Source: Oscillibacter sp. | GTDB lineage: Bacteria > Bacillota > Clostridia > Oscillospirales > Oscillospiraceae | Direction: 5' to 3' (one strand) | NCBI RefSeq assembly: GCF_009773995.1 | Contig: NZ_VSMY01000002.1 | DNA: 44,570 bases | Program-made: the position numbers and the translations under genes | In this document: positions 8,990-18,675 of the stretch, one piece after another | How the letters are laid out: every line of letters starts with the position of its first letter | How positions within the stretch are numbered: position 1 is the stretch's first letter | Notes under the pieces: model-generated | Database searches by the model: none | What the model saw: only the letters and a program-made list of their open reading frames with translations | Told to the model about the DNA's origin: nothing

Positions 8990-9669
8990 ACCTCGTTCTC
9001 CTCCACCAGGTAGCCCGCGCCCTTCTTCGTGCGGATGAAGTCCGGCAGCCCCGCCGCCTCCAGCTTCCGCCGGAGGCGGTTCACGTTGACGGAGAGGGTG
9101 TTCTCGTCCACGAAGCTGTCGGATTCCCACAGGGCGGTCATCATGGCGTCCCGACTGACGATTCGGCCCTTTTTCTCCAGCAGGAGCTGGAGGAGCTTTC
9201 CCTCATTCCGCGTCAGCTCCACCCTTTGGCCGTTTACCGTGACCGTTCCGTTGGCGGGATTCAGCGCCGCGGCGCCGCAGGAGAGCAGGGCCGGGGCGGA
9301 GGCAAAGTCATAGGCCCGGCGCAGCATGGCCTGGACCTTGGCGGAGAGAACCTGGAGGTCGAAGGGCTTGGCCAGCAGGTCGTCCCCGCCCATCTGCATG
9401 GCCATGACCAGATTCACGTTGTCCGCGGCGGAGGTCAGGAAGAGAATGGGAACCTGGGAGACCTTCCGGATCTCCCGGCACCAGTGGTAGCCGTTGAAGA
9501 AGGGCAGAGAGATGTCCAGCAGCGCCAAATGAGGGCTGAAGTCCAGGAACTCCGCCAGTACGGCGTCGAACTTTTTGGCGCAGGCCACCTGATAGCCCCA
9601 GCTCTCCAGGTGCCGGGCCACGGCCCCGGCGATGACGCCGTCGTCCTCCACGATAAAAATACGGTACAA
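8986..9669 (-). CDS. BceR/GraR-like OmpR family response regulator
   Basis: TTG start after GGAGG; IVEDD, LDISLPFFNGYHWC, DENTLSVNVNRLRRKL, TKKGAGY. Confidence 0.9.
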   Translation of the reverse strand: MYRIFIVEDDGVIAGAVARHLESWGYQVACAKKFDAVLAEFLDFSPHLALLDISLPFFNGYHWCREIRKVSQVPILFLTSAADNVNLVMAMQMGGDDLLAKPFDLQVLSAKVQAMLRRAYDFASAPALLSCGAAALNPANGTVTVNGQRVELTRNEGKLLQLLLEKKGRIVSRDAMMTALWESDSFVDENTLSVNVNRLRRKLEAAGLPDFIRTKKGAGYLVEENEV

Positions 9670-9802
9670 GCCGAACGCCTCCGTTTCTACTGAAAGGGTG
9701 TTTCCCTGTAGTATAGCACAGGAGCCCCGGCAAGTCGAGAGGAGGGCTTGGATTTTGTAAGGGAACGTGTGCCCGGCGGGAAACCGATCTGCTCGAATGC
9801 GC

Positions 9803-9831
9803 TTGCAATCCTTTTTGGAAAGCCGTATACT
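9803..9831 (+). promoter_or_regulatory. sigma-A promoter for the HD protein gene
   Basis: TTGCAA-N17-TATACT. Confidence 0.65.
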
Positions 9832-9864
9832 ATATCTCAACAACAGACAAAGGAGAAATGTTCC

Positions 9865-10452
9865 ATGAAAGCCTGTCCCGACAGAGCGGCGGCCCTGGCG
9901 CTGCTGCGCAAGTACAACACCGAGCCCTTCCACCTCCAGCATGCCCTGACCGTCGAGGCCGTCATGGGCTGGTACGCCCAGGACCTGGGCTATGGCGAGG
10001 AGGCGGATTTCTGGTCCGCCGTGGGCCTTCTCCACGACGTGGACTTTGAAAAGTGGCCGGAGGAGCATTGCCAAAAAGCCCCCGAGCTGCTGGCGGAAAT
10101 CGGCTGTTCCGACGAGCTGGTCCATGCCGTGTGCAGCCACGGCTATGGCCTGTGCTCCGACGTGGAGCCCGTCCACGAGATGGAGAAGGTCCTCTTCGCC
10201 GCCGACGAGCTGACGGGCCTCATCGGCGCGGCGGCCCGGATGCGGCCCAGCAAGTCCTGCTCCGACATGGAGGTGTCCTCCCTCAAGAAGAAATTCAAGG
10301 ACAAGAAGTTCGCCGCCGGATGCTCCCGGGACGTCATCAAGGACGGCGCGGCCCGCTTGGGCTGGGAGCTGGAGACCCTGATGGACAAGACCCTCCAGGC
10401 CATGCGGGAGAGCGAGGCCAAGGTGGCGGAGGAGCTGGCCTCTTTGAGCTGA
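9865..10452 (+). CDS. HD-superfamily metal-dependent phosphohydrolase
   Basis: H...GLLHDVD...H...SH...ADELTG; RBS AAGGAG. Confidence 0.88.
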   Translation: MKACPDRAAALALLRKYNTEPFHLQHALTVEAVMGWYAQDLGYGEEADFWSAVGLLHDVDFEKWPEEHCQKAPELLAEIGCSDELVHAVCSHGYGLCSDVEPVHEMEKVLFAADELTGLIGAAARMRPSKSCSDMEVSSLKKKFKDKKFAAGCSRDVIKDGAARLGWELETLMDKTLQAMRESEAKVAEELASLS

Positions 10453-10470
10453 GTCCTTCCTATGCGGTAT

Positions 10471-10510
10471 AAAAAGAGCGCTGAGGCGTCGCCCCGGCGC
10501 TCTTATTTTC
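10471..10510. terminator. Bidirectional terminator
   Basis: AAAAGAGCGCTG...CGGCGCTCTTATTTT. Confidence 0.7.
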
Positions 10511-10512
10511 CC

Positions 10513-11670
10513 TCAGTCAATGACTTCCAGCTTTCCGTCCTCCCCAAATTTCACGGGGACGATCTCGTTCCGGGTCTTCTGGGCGATGTCGTCAATCCGC
10601 ATTTTGGAGGGGTAGTCCGCGATGAGGCTCACCGCCACCCCCTGGCGTTTCGCCCGGCCCGTCCGGCCGATGCGGTGGACATAGTCCTGGTTTTCGTCCG
10701 GTACGTCGCAGTTGAACACAATGTCCACGTCGTCCACGTCGATGCCCCGGGCGGCCACGTCCGTGGAGACGAAGACCCGGAGCTTTCCCTCCCGGAAGAG
10801 GTTCATCACCTGCTCCCGCCGCTTTTGGGGGATGTCCCCATGGATGCACTCCGCGTCGATGCCCCGCATTTGCAGGAACTTGCAGATGCGCTCCGTGGAG
10901 CCCTTGGTGTTGCAGAAGGCCATGCAGCGGTCGAAGCCCGTCTCTTCCAGGATCCTGGCGATGACGTCCGCCTTTTCGTTCTGCCCGACGTCCATGCGGA
11001 ACTGCTTGATGTCCGGTTTGTTCTGCTCGTCCTCCCGGACGGTGATCTCCGCCGCGTCCCGCTGGTAGACCCAGGCGATGTCCATGACCTCCCGGGAGAT
11101 GGTGGCGGAGAAGAGGCCCAAGTTCTTCCGCTTGTTCATCTTGTCCAGTAGCCGGGTCACGTCGTGGATGAAGCCCATGTCCAGCATCCGGTCCGCCTCG
11201 TCCAGCACCACGGTCTGGGCGCTGTCCACCCGGACGGTGCGGCGCTTCATGTGGTCGCTGAGGCGCCCCGGCGTGGCCACCACGATCTGGGGCCGCTTTT
11301 TCAGCGCGTCGATCTGCTTCCCGATGGGCTGCCCGCCGTAGAGGCACACGCAGCGGACGCCGGGGCGGAAGGCGGCGATGTCCCGGAGCTCGTCGGTGAT
11401 TTGAATGGCCAGCTCCCGGGTGGGGGCCAGGATGACCGCCTGGACGGCGTCGTCCTCCGGGTCCACGTGCTCGATGATGGGGATGCCGTAGGCAAAGGTT
11501 TTGCCGGTGCCGGTGGGGGCCTTGGCGATGACGTCCTGCCAGGCCATCATGGGCGGGATGCAGCCCGCCTGGACGGGGGTGGTGACCTCCAGCTCCCGCT
11601 TTTCGATGGCCCGCATGATCTCCGGGGACAGGCCCAGGCTGTCGAACCGGACGCCTTCTGTATATTCCAT
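10513..11670 (-). CDS. DEAD-box RNA helicase (core only, no long C-terminal extension)
   Basis: Q motif, APTGTGKT, PTRELA, TPGRL, DEAD, SAT, ARGID, HRIGRTGR. Confidence 0.95.
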   Translation of the reverse strand: MEYTEGVRFDSLGLSPEIMRAIEKRELEVTTPVQAGCIPPMMAWQDVIAKAPTGTGKTFAYGIPIIEHVDPEDDAVQAVILAPTRELAIQITDELRDIAAFRPGVRCVCLYGGQPIGKQIDALKKRPQIVVATPGRLSDHMKRRTVRVDSAQTVVLDEADRMLDMGFIHDVTRLLDKMNKRKNLGLFSATISREVMDIAWVYQRDAAEITVREDEQNKPDIKQFRMDVGQNEKADVIARILEETGFDRCMAFCNTKGSTERICKFLQMRGIDAECIHGDIPQKRREQVMNLFREGKLRVFVSTDVAARGIDVDDVDIVFNCDVPDENQDYVHRIGRTGRAKRQGVAVSLIADYPSKMRIDDIAQKTRNEIVPVKFGEDGKLEVID

Positions 11671-11743
11671 AAATATTTCCTCTTTTCACGTAATGGGGGT
11701 ATATGGTAAAATGGACGGGGGTCCATAGAAACAGGATAAAGGT

Positions 11744-11772
11744 ATTATACAGAAAAAGCGGCCTCTTGTAAA
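11744..11772 (-). promoter_or_regulatory. sigma-A promoter for the DEAD-box helicase
   Basis: Minus strand TTTACA-N17-TATAAT. Confidence 0.7.
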
Positions 11773-11976
11773 GCGGTCCGGCCTTACAAGTCTGATGATT
11801 TTAGAGGATTTTAAAACTTTAATCAATTAAAATCTAGAGAATCCAACAAATTATACATGGAAACCCGAAGAAATTATAGTAAAATTGTGTGTTGTAAACC
11901 CAACAAGCCCTGCTTTTTATGATAAATTAAAGTCGGAAGACAAACCGGGTAAAAGTCAATAGGGGGGTGTCGAACG

Positions 11977-12191
11977 TGGATGATATGGAGTATGTACGTA
12001 TTCTTCGTGATTTGCGCGAAGACGCCGACAAGACACAGTCACAGATTGCCGAGGTCCTGGGAACGTCCCAGACCATGTACGCACGCTATGAGCGGGGCGC
12101 CAACGAGCTGCCCATCCATCACTTAATCACGTTGAGCAAGTATTACGGCGTCAGCACCGATTACCTGCTGGGGCTCAGCAAGGAACGATGA
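11977..12191 (+). CDS. Small XRE/Cro-CI helix-turn-helix regulator (XRE-0); exact start uncertain (11967-11985)
   Basis: LRDLREDADKTQSQIAEVLGTSQTMYARYERG...YYGVSTDYLLG. Confidence 0.85.
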
Positions 12192-12226
12192 AACACGGAC
12201 AGGAAGGTCTCCTGTCCGTGTTTTTT
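12191..12226 (+). terminator. Terminator after XRE-0
   Basis: AAACACGGACAGGA-aggtc-TCCTGTCCGTGTTTTTT. Confidence 0.85.
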
Positions 12227-12260
12227 GCGGCCTGTTCATTCAGGTATACAAAAAAAGTAA
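12226..12260 (+). pseudogene. Possible 3' remnant of a small hydrophobic type I toxin gene
   Basis: Reads C-G-L-F-I-Q-V-Y-K-K, one A short of KKK*. No start codon or RBS upstream. Followed by TAACCGCCC. Confidence 0.4.
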
Positions 12261-12336
12261 CCGCCCGGCTCCCAAACCTGCGGTTACTTCTTGACCAAAG
12301 TGTAGGGGGGCAACCGTCTGCCGGCAAGGCCCGTAT
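12250..12336 (-). ncRNA. Small RNA of about 87 nt, type I antitoxin-like
   Basis: Own promoter TTGACA-N17-CATACT (12371-12343) and own terminator AAGTAACCGC...GCGGTTACTTTTTTT; no convincing ORF between them. Confidence 0.6.
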
Positions 12337-12342
12337 ATATTT

Positions 12343-12371
12343 AGTATGCCCATCTCATGCTGTTTTGTCAA
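12343..12371 (-). promoter_or_regulatory. sigma-A promoter of the sRNA
   Basis: TTGACA-N17-CATACT on the minus strand. Confidence 0.7.
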
Positions 12372-12407
12372 GTCCGGGGCTTTGGCCCGGTTTTTTCCGG
12401 TAGCCCC

Positions 12408-12436
12408 TTGCAATTTCCGGCGGGATACGCTAAAAT
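12408..12436 (+). promoter_or_regulatory. sigma-A promoter for the LRR lipoprotein
   Basis: TTGCAA-N17-TAAAAT. Confidence 0.65.
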
Positions 12437-12474
12437 ACGCTCACGAGATAAGCGGCGTTTAGGAGGAAGCGAGC

Positions 12475-13746
12475 ATGAACGCATGGAAAAAACGCGGGGC
12501 CGCCCTTATGCTGGCGCTGGTTCTGGCCCTGTCCCTGGCTGCCTGCGGCGAAAACGATGACCTGCGACGCACCCTTAAGGAGGCCGCCAAGGACGCGCCC
12601 ATCGTCGAAAGCGGCGTCCTGCCGGACGAGCTTGTGAACGAGGGCATTGAATCCGTGATATCCCGCGTCACCAGCGAGGTGGAATGCACATTTGCAGGCG
12701 GCGTGCTGACGATCTCCGGAGACGGGGCCGAAATTGACCAATACTCGTGGATCCCAGCGGTGTCCGAGGCCATCTTTGAACCGGACGAGCAGGAGTGCAG
12801 GGAGGCTGTGGAAAAAGTCGTCATGGAGGACGGCGTCACGAAAATTTGGGAGAATACGTTTGCGGGCTGCCGCAATTTAAAAGAAGTCACGATACCAGAC
12901 AGCGTTACATTTATCGGAGAGGCGGCGTTCCGGGGCTGCTCGGGCTGGAGAATCCCGGAAGGAGCGGACGAGCTCGCCGACAGCTTTTGGAGTCCCGGCA
13001 AACTCCTGAACAATGAGGATGCGTACCGCTACTGCGCCGATTACTGCGCGCCCATCGGGATCTATCCTCCCTTGGGCCCAGACGAACTGCTGGAGGGAAC
13101 GGGACTGACTCATGTTGAACTCCCGGACGGCCTGACATATGTCGGGCAATACGCCTTTGCGGACTGCTTGAATTTGATTAGCGCCTCGAATCTCAGTTAT
13201 GTTGGAGACTATATGTTTATGGGCTGCTCGCTGACGGACGTTCAGATTTCCGAAGCCGCGGTCTCCATTGGACGTGGTGCGTTCTCCGACTGCGGAAAGC
13301 TGGCGGAGGTAGTCATTCCCGGAGGCGTAACCCGCATTGAGGACAATGCGTTTATGAATTGCGGCTCCCTAAAGGAGATCGTGCTCCCGGAGAATGTGAC
13401 CTCCGCGGGCTCGAATCTGTTTATTCATTCCGGGCTGACGAAAATCACTATTCCCGCCAGCGCGGCAAAATGGGGAAGCGCTTCCTCCCCCGGTTCCAAT
13501 TATTACGACTACACGGTGCTGGACTGCGAAAACCTGACGGACATTACCTTCCTGGGAGACGCGGCGCTGGAGGACCTGGAGCCTATGCTGTATCAACCCA
13601 TGCAGCATGCCCGGGACTACCAATATTACAACGAAGAAGAAAGGCCCCTAACGGTCCGCGCTCCCTCCGGCTCGGTAATCGAGGGATATTGCCGCCGGCA
13701 GATTGAAAAAGGCGACGTCCCGTTCCTTACATTCATTCCCATCTGA
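12475..13746 (+). CDS. BspA-type leucine-rich-repeat (LRR_5) surface lipoprotein
   Basis: Signal peptide with lipobox LAAC; repeats such as LKEVTIPDSVTFIGEAAFRGC and LAEVVIPGGVTRIEDNAFMNC. Confidence 0.88.
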   Translation: MNAWKKRGAALMLALVLALSLAACGENDDLRRTLKEAAKDAPIVESGVLPDELVNEGIESVISRVTSEVECTFAGGVLTISGDGAEIDQYSWIPAVSEAIFEPDEQECREAVEKVVMEDGVTKIWENTFAGCRNLKEVTIPDSVTFIGEAAFRGCSGWRIPEGADELADSFWSPGKLLNNEDAYRYCADYCAPIGIYPPLGPDELLEGTGLTHVELPDGLTYVGQYAFADCLNLISASNLSYVGDYMFMGCSLTDVQISEAAVSIGRGAFSDCGKLAEVVIPGGVTRIEDNAFMNCGSLKEIVLPENVTSAGSNLFIHSGLTKITIPASAAKWGSASSPGSNYYDYTVLDCENLTDITFLGDAALEDLEPMLYQPMQHARDYQYYNEEERPLTVRAPSGSVIEGYCRRQIEKGDVPFLTFIPI

Positions 13747-13763
13747 TGCGCCCAGCCCAAAAG

Positions 13764-13798
13764 AAATCCCCCGCTCAGCGAATGGGCGGGGGATTTTT
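13764..13798. terminator. Bidirectional terminator
   Basis: AAATCCCCCGCTCA...TGGGCGGGGGATTTTT. Confidence 0.75.
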
Positions 13799-13802
13799 AC
13801 GC

Positions 13803-15461
13803 TCACAGCCTTGTCACAACGGGGATGACCATGGGGCTGCGCTTGGTGGTCTTGAACAGGTAGCTGCTGACGGCGGACTTCACCACGCCCCGGAGCTCCC
13901 CGTCGTCCCGCCCGCGCTTGCGGGTGACGGACTCCGCAGCGTCCATGGCGACGCTCTGGAGCTCCTTCATCAGGTCCCCGGACTCCTTCACGTAGATGAA
14001 GCCCCGGGTGACGATCTCCGGCGGGCTCAGCAGTCCGCCGTCGTGGCTGGAGGTGGGCAGGACCACCACCACCATGCCGTCCTCGGCCAGGCGCTTGCGG
14101 TCCCGCATGACCACGGCCCCCACGTCGCCCACGCCGGAGCCGTCCACGAAGACCTCCCCGGCGGGCACCGCGCCGCCGATTTTCAGCGTTTTGGCCGTCA
14201 GCTCGATGACGCTCCCGTTTTCCGCAATGGCGATGTGGTTCCGGTCCAGGCCCATCTGCTGGGCCACTTGGCTGTGAATCTGGAGCATCCGCTGCTCGCC
14301 GTGGAGGGGAACGAAAAACCGGGGCCGGGTGAGGGCGTGGATGATCTTCAGCTCCTCCTGGCAGGCGTGGCCGGAGACGTGGAGCATGTCCGCCTTGTCG
14401 TAGACCACATGGACGCCCTTGCGGAACAGCTCGTTGATGACCCGGCTCACCGTCACCTCATTTCCGGGGATGGCGGAGGCGGAGATAATGACCTTGTCCC
14501 CAGGCCCGACCTCCACCTGCTTGTGGGTGGAGAAGGCCATGCGGTACAGGGCGCTCATCTCCTCGCCCTGGGAGCCGGTGGTGACGATGACCTGTTTGTT
14601 TTTCGGCAGGCTCTTGATTTTGTTGATGTCCACCAAGGTGTTCTTGGGCACCTTCATGTAGCCCAGTTCCGTGGACACCCGCATGATGTTCTCCATGGAC
14701 CGGCCCGTGACGGCCACCTTCCGCCCGTGGGCGGCGGCGGCGTCCAGCACCTGCTGGATGCGGTGGACGTTGGAGGCGAAGGTGGTGACGATGATCCGCT
14801 CGTCGCAGCCCTGGAACTGCCGGCTGAAGGTCTGGCCCACGGCCCGCTCGCTGAGGGTGTAGCCGGGGCGCTCCACGTTGGTGGAGTCGGCGCAGAGGGC
14901 CAGGACTCCCTCCTTGCCCAGCTCGCCCATCCGGGCCAGGTCGATGACCTCCCCGTCAATGGGGGTGGAGTCGATTTTGAAGTCTCCCGTGTGGACCACG
15001 GTGCCCATGTGGGTGTGGATGGCGAAGGCCACGGAGTCCGCGATGGAGTGGTTCACATGGATGAACTCCACGGTGAACTTCCCCGCCCGGACGGACTTGC
15101 CCGGCTCCACGGTGATAAGCTTGGTGCTCTTGGCCAGGCCGTGCTCCTCCAGCTTCAGCTGAATGAGGCCCGCGGTGAACCGGGTGCAGTAGATGGGCAT
15201 ATTCACCTGCTTGAGGACGTAGGGAATGGCTCCCACATGGTCCTCGTGCCCGTGGGTGATGAAGAGGCCCCGGATACGGGCGCGGTTTTTAATGAGGTAG
15301 GTCACGTCGGGGATGATGCAGTCGATGCCGTACATGTCGTCCCCAGGGAAGGCCATGCCGCAGTCCACTACGATGAGTTCCCCGCCGTACTCGTAGGCGG
15401 TCATGTTTTTGCCGATCTCATTCAGTCCGCCCAGAGGGATGATTTTCAGTTTTTCTGCCAT
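13803..15461 (-). CDS. rnj: Ribonuclease J
   Basis: LGGLNEIGKNM, THGHEDHVG, HTGDFK, TGSQGE, HVSGH. Confidence 0.96.
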   Translation of the reverse strand: MAEKLKIIPLGGLNEIGKNMTAYEYGGELIVVDCGMAFPGDDMYGIDCIIPDVTYLIKNRARIRGLFITHGHEDHVGAIPYVLKQVNMPIYCTRFTAGLIQLKLEEHGLAKSTKLITVEPGKSVRAGKFTVEFIHVNHSIADSVAFAIHTHMGTVVHTGDFKIDSTPIDGEVIDLARMGELGKEGVLALCADSTNVERPGYTLSERAVGQTFSRQFQGCDERIIVTTFASNVHRIQQVLDAAAAHGRKVAVTGRSMENIMRVSTELGYMKVPKNTLVDINKIKSLPKNKQVIVTTGSQGEEMSALYRMAFSTHKQVEVGPGDKVIISASAIPGNEVTVSRVINELFRKGVHVVYDKADMLHVSGHACQEELKIIHALTRPRFFVPLHGEQRMLQIHSQVAQQMGLDRNHIAIAENGSVIELTAKTLKIGGAVPAGEVFVDGSGVGDVGAVVMRDRKRLAEDGMVVVVLPTSSHDGGLLSPPEIVTRGFIYVKESGDLMKELQSVAMDAAESVTRKRGRDDGELRGVVKSAVSSYLFKTTKRSPMVIPVVTRL

Positions 15462-15759
15462 AGATTGTAGAACTCCTTACCAAAATAAAAGATGTACCCG
15501 CGGCCCCATATCCGGTATCTGGGCATAACAAAGAAGAGACGCCCTCTGTCCGCCCGGCCCCGTTACGCCGGCGGAGGTTTGGCAGCGTCCTGTCGCAACC
15601 GAATATAAAAGCCGCTTTGAGCTTGAAAAGCCCTATATTATTTGACCAGCCGGGAAGCGCGTCCCGCCCTGGAAAAATACCGCTATCAGCGCCGGGGACC
15701 CGCCCCGGCGGAACCGTTCCGGGCGCCCTGAGCGGGCCGCCGGAACGTCAACTCGATAT

Positions 15760-15788
15760 AGTATAGCACAGGAAAACCCATTTGTATA
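15760..15788 (-). promoter_or_regulatory. Probable rnj promoter giving a leader of about 290 nt
   Basis: TATACA-N17-TATACT with extended TG on the minus strand. Confidence 0.5.
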
Positions 15789-15816
15789 CAAAAACTTTTT
15801 GAAATCCGCCGGAAGA

Positions 15817-15845
15817 TTGACGGCTTCTGGAAAATATGCTATCAT
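15817..15845 (+). promoter_or_regulatory. sigma-A promoter for radC
   Basis: TTGACG-N17-TATCAT with extended TG. Confidence 0.7.
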
Positions 15846-15917
15846 ATTCTCCAAATGCCGCGTTCAGATTCCGCCCCAGCTGGCGGAGGGGGCGGAGCTC
15901 ACAGGGGAGGTGTGTTC

Positions 15918-16592
15918 ATGGGCGTCCACGACGGGCACCGGGACCGGGTGCGCGAGCGTTTTTTGAAAAATGACCTGAGCGGCTTCGCGGACCACGAGGC
16001 CCTGGAGCTGCTGCTCTATTACGCCATCCCCCGGGGAGACGTGAACCCCCTGGCCCATGCCCTGATGGATCGGTTTGGGAGCCTTTCCGGCGTGTTCTCC
16101 GCGCCTGTGGAGCTGCTGTCCCAGGTGGAGGGCGTTGGAACGCGGACGGCGATGTTGCTGCGCCTGGTCCCCCAGATCGCCCAGAAGGCCCGCCTGGCGG
16201 ACCTGGAGCGGGAAATGGCCTTGAACACCCGGGACCGGGTGGGGGACTACCTTCTGGAGCTGTTCTCCCAGGAGCGGAACGAGGCGGTGTATGAGATCTG
16301 CCTGGACGGAAAGGGAAAGCTGCTGGCCTGCCGCCGTCTGGGAGAGGGCAGCGCCTCGGCGGTGAATCTGGACATCCGCCAAATTGTGCAGAACGCCATC
16401 ACCTTCTGCGCCAGCTCCGTCATTCTGGCCCACAACCACCCCAGCGGCGTGGCCCTGCCCTCCCAGGCGGACCAGGGGGCCACCCTTCGGGTCAAGGCGG
16501 CGCTGGAGTCCGTGGATGTGCGGCTGGAGGATCATATCATCGTGGCGGACGGTGAGTTCGTGTCCTTCTCCGAGTCGGGTTACCTGGGGTAA
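15918..16592 (+). CDS. radC: RadC (JAB/MPN domain) family protein
   Basis: HDGHRDR N-terminus, HhH region, LAHNHPSG...PSQAD...DHII. Confidence 0.92.
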   Translation: MGVHDGHRDRVRERFLKNDLSGFADHEALELLLYYAIPRGDVNPLAHALMDRFGSLSGVFSAPVELLSQVEGVGTRTAMLLRLVPQIAQKARLADLEREMALNTRDRVGDYLLELFSQERNEAVYEICLDGKGKLLACRRLGEGSASAVNLDIRQIVQNAITFCASSVILAHNHPSGVALPSQADQGATLRVKAALESVDVRLEDHIIVADGEFVSFSESGYLG

Positions 16593-16618
16593 GCCGGTCC
16601 CGCTTTTGAAAAATATAT

Positions 16619-16657
16619 CGAACAAACGTTGCAATCCGGCAGGCTTTGTGGTAAGAT
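16619..16657 (+). promoter_or_regulatory. LexA (SOS/Cheo) box overlapping the uvrB promoter
   Basis: CGAAC-AAAC-GTTGC (Firmicutes consensus GAAC-N4-GTTC) overlaps the -35 of TTGCAA-N17-TAAGAT. Confidence 0.7.
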
Positions 16658-16701
16658 GAATCTAAACCGCTTCCTTGGAATCCCGCCGGCAGGAGGTCCC
16701 T

Positions 16702-18675
16702 ATGCCAAAATTTCAAGTCGTATCCGAATACCAGCCCTCCGGCGACCAGCCGGAGGCCATCGCCGCCCTGGCGGCGGGCATCGAGAACGGGCTGAAGGAA
16801 CAGGTCCTCCTGGGCGTCACCGGCTCCGGCAAGACCTTCACCATGGCCAAGGTCATCGAGGCCGTCCAGCGGCCCACCCTGGTCCTGGCCCACAACAAGA
16901 CTCTGGCGGCCCAGCTCTGCGCGGAGTTTAAGGAGTTCTTCCCCAACAACGCCGTGGAGTACTTTGTCAGCTACTACGACTACTACCAGCCCGAGGCCTA
17001 TATCCCCCACACGGACACCTATATCGCCAAGGACGCCTCCACCAACGACGAAATCGACCGCCTGCGGCTCTCCGCCACCTGCGCCCTGCTGGAGCGGCGG
17101 GACGTCATCGTGGTCTCCTCCGTCTCCTGCATCTACGGCCTGGGGGAGCCCGACGACTTCGCCAAGATGGTGGTCTCTCTCCGGGCCGGGGCCGAGTGGG
17201 ACCGGGACGAGCTCCTCCGGCGGCTGGTGGAGATCCGCTATGAGCGGAACGACATCGCCTTTGAGCGGAACATGTTCCGGGTCCGGGGGGACACGGTGGA
17301 GATTTACCCCGCCTATTACAAGGACAAGGCCATCCGGGTGGAGTTCTTCGGGGACGAGATTGAGCGGGTCAGCGAGTTCAACCCCATCACGGGGTCTGTG
17401 AACCGGGTCCTGAACCACATTGCCATCTACCCCGCCAGCCACTACGTCACCACCAAGGACAAAATGGACCGGGCCATCGGCGAAATCCGCCGGGAGATGG
17501 AGGAGCAGGTCCAATCCTTCACGGAGAACAACCAGCTGGTGGAGGCCCAGCGCATCCGCCAGCGGACGGAGTACGACATGGAGATGATGGCGGAGCTGGG
17601 CTACTGCTCCGGCATTGAGAACTACTCCCGCATCATCTCCGAGCGGCCCCAGGGCTCCGCCCCCATGACCCTGCTGGACTTCTTCCCCGACGACTTCGTG
17701 CTGTTCGTGGACGAGAGCCACGTCACCCTCCCCCAGGTCCGGGCCATGTACAACGGGGACCACGCCCGGAAGGACTCCCTGGTCAAATACGGCTTTCGCC
17801 TCCCCTGCGCCTACGACAACCGGCCTCTGAAGTTCGAGGAGTTTGAGGGCCGCATCGGACAGGCGGTCTTTGTCTCCGCCACCCCCGGCCCCTATGAGCG
17901 GGAGCGGGCGGACCAGGTGGTGGAGCAGGTCATCCGCCCCACGGGACTGCTGGACCCCAGGGTAGAGGTCCGGCCCGTCACCGGGCAGATCGACGATTTG
18001 ATGGAGGAAATCAATGCCCGGTCCGCCAGGAACGAGCGGGTGCTGGTGACCACCCTGACGAAAAAAATGGCGGAGGACCTGACGGAGTATTTCAAGAACG
18101 CCGGCATCAAGGTCCGCTACATGCACTCCGACGTGGAGACCATCGAGCGGATGGAGATCATCCGGGATTTGCGGTTGGGCAAGTTCGACGTGCTCATCGG
18201 CATCAACCTCCTGCGGGAGGGCCTGGATCTCCCCGAGGTCAGCCTGGTGGCCGTGCTGGACGCGGACAAGGAGGGCTTCCTCCGGTCCGAGACCTCCCTC
18301 ATCCAGACCATCGGCCGGGCGGCCCGAAACGCGGAGGGCTTGGTCATCCTCTACGCGGATACCGTCACCCCCTCCATGAAGGCCGCCATGGATGAGACGG
18401 AGCGCCGCCGGGGGATACAGGACCGCTTCAACCGGGAACACGGCATCGTCCCCAAGACCATCATCAAGGGGGTCCGGGAGGTGCTGGAAATCTCCACCAC
18501 GGCGGAGGACGAGACCTCCCGGGCCCGCCACCACCGCAAGCTGAATAAGGCGGAGCGGGAGGCGGAGATCAAGCGCCTGGAAAAGGAAATGAAGGAAGCC
18601 AGCAAGATGCTGGAATTCGAGTACGCGGCGGTTTTGAGAGACCGGATTATCGAGCTGCGGGGTGAGAAGGAATGA
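16702..18675 (+). CDS. uvrB: Excinuclease ABC subunit B
   Basis: [36 protein letters not shown]-terminal UVR domain. Confidence 0.98.
   Translation: MPKFQVVSEYQPSGDQPEAIAALAAGIENGLKEQVLLGVTGSGKTFTMAKVIEAVQRPTLVLAHNKTLAAQLCAEFKEFFPNNAVEYFVSYYDYYQPEAYIPHTDTYIAKDASTNDEIDRLRLSATCALLERRDVIVVSSVSCIYGLGEPDDFAKMVVSLRAGAEWDRDELLRRLVEIRYERNDIAFERNMFRVRGDTVEIYPAYYKDKAIRVEFFGDEIERVSEFNPITGSVNRVLNHIAIYPASHYVTTKDKMDRAIGEIRREMEEQVQSFTENNQLVEAQRIRQRTEYDMEMMAELGYCSGIENYSRIISERPQGSAPMTLLDFFPDDFVLFVDESHVTLPQVRAMYNGDHARKDSLVKYGFRLPCAYDNRPLKFEEFEGRIGQAVFVSATPGPYERERADQVVEQVIRPTGLLDPRVEVRPVTGQIDDLMEEINARSARNERVLVTTLTKKMAEDLTEYFKNAGIKVRYMHSDVETIERMEIIRDLRLGKFDVLIGINLLREGLDLPEVSLVAVLDADKEGFLRSETSLIQTIGRAARNAEGLVILYADTVTPSMKAAMDETERRRGIQDRFNREHGIVPKTIIKGVREVLEISTTAEDETSRARHHRKLNKAEREAEIKRLEKEMKEASKMLEFEYAAVLRDRIIELRGEKE

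Noticed and set aside
12188..12403. 71-aa ORF after XRE-0
   Set aside because: It runs through a terminator, the sRNA and a promoter, and its sequence is not protein-like.
15918..16592. radC as a marker of a mobile element
   Set aside because: It is the full-length chromosomal type in a housekeeping context, with no integrase or conjugation genes.
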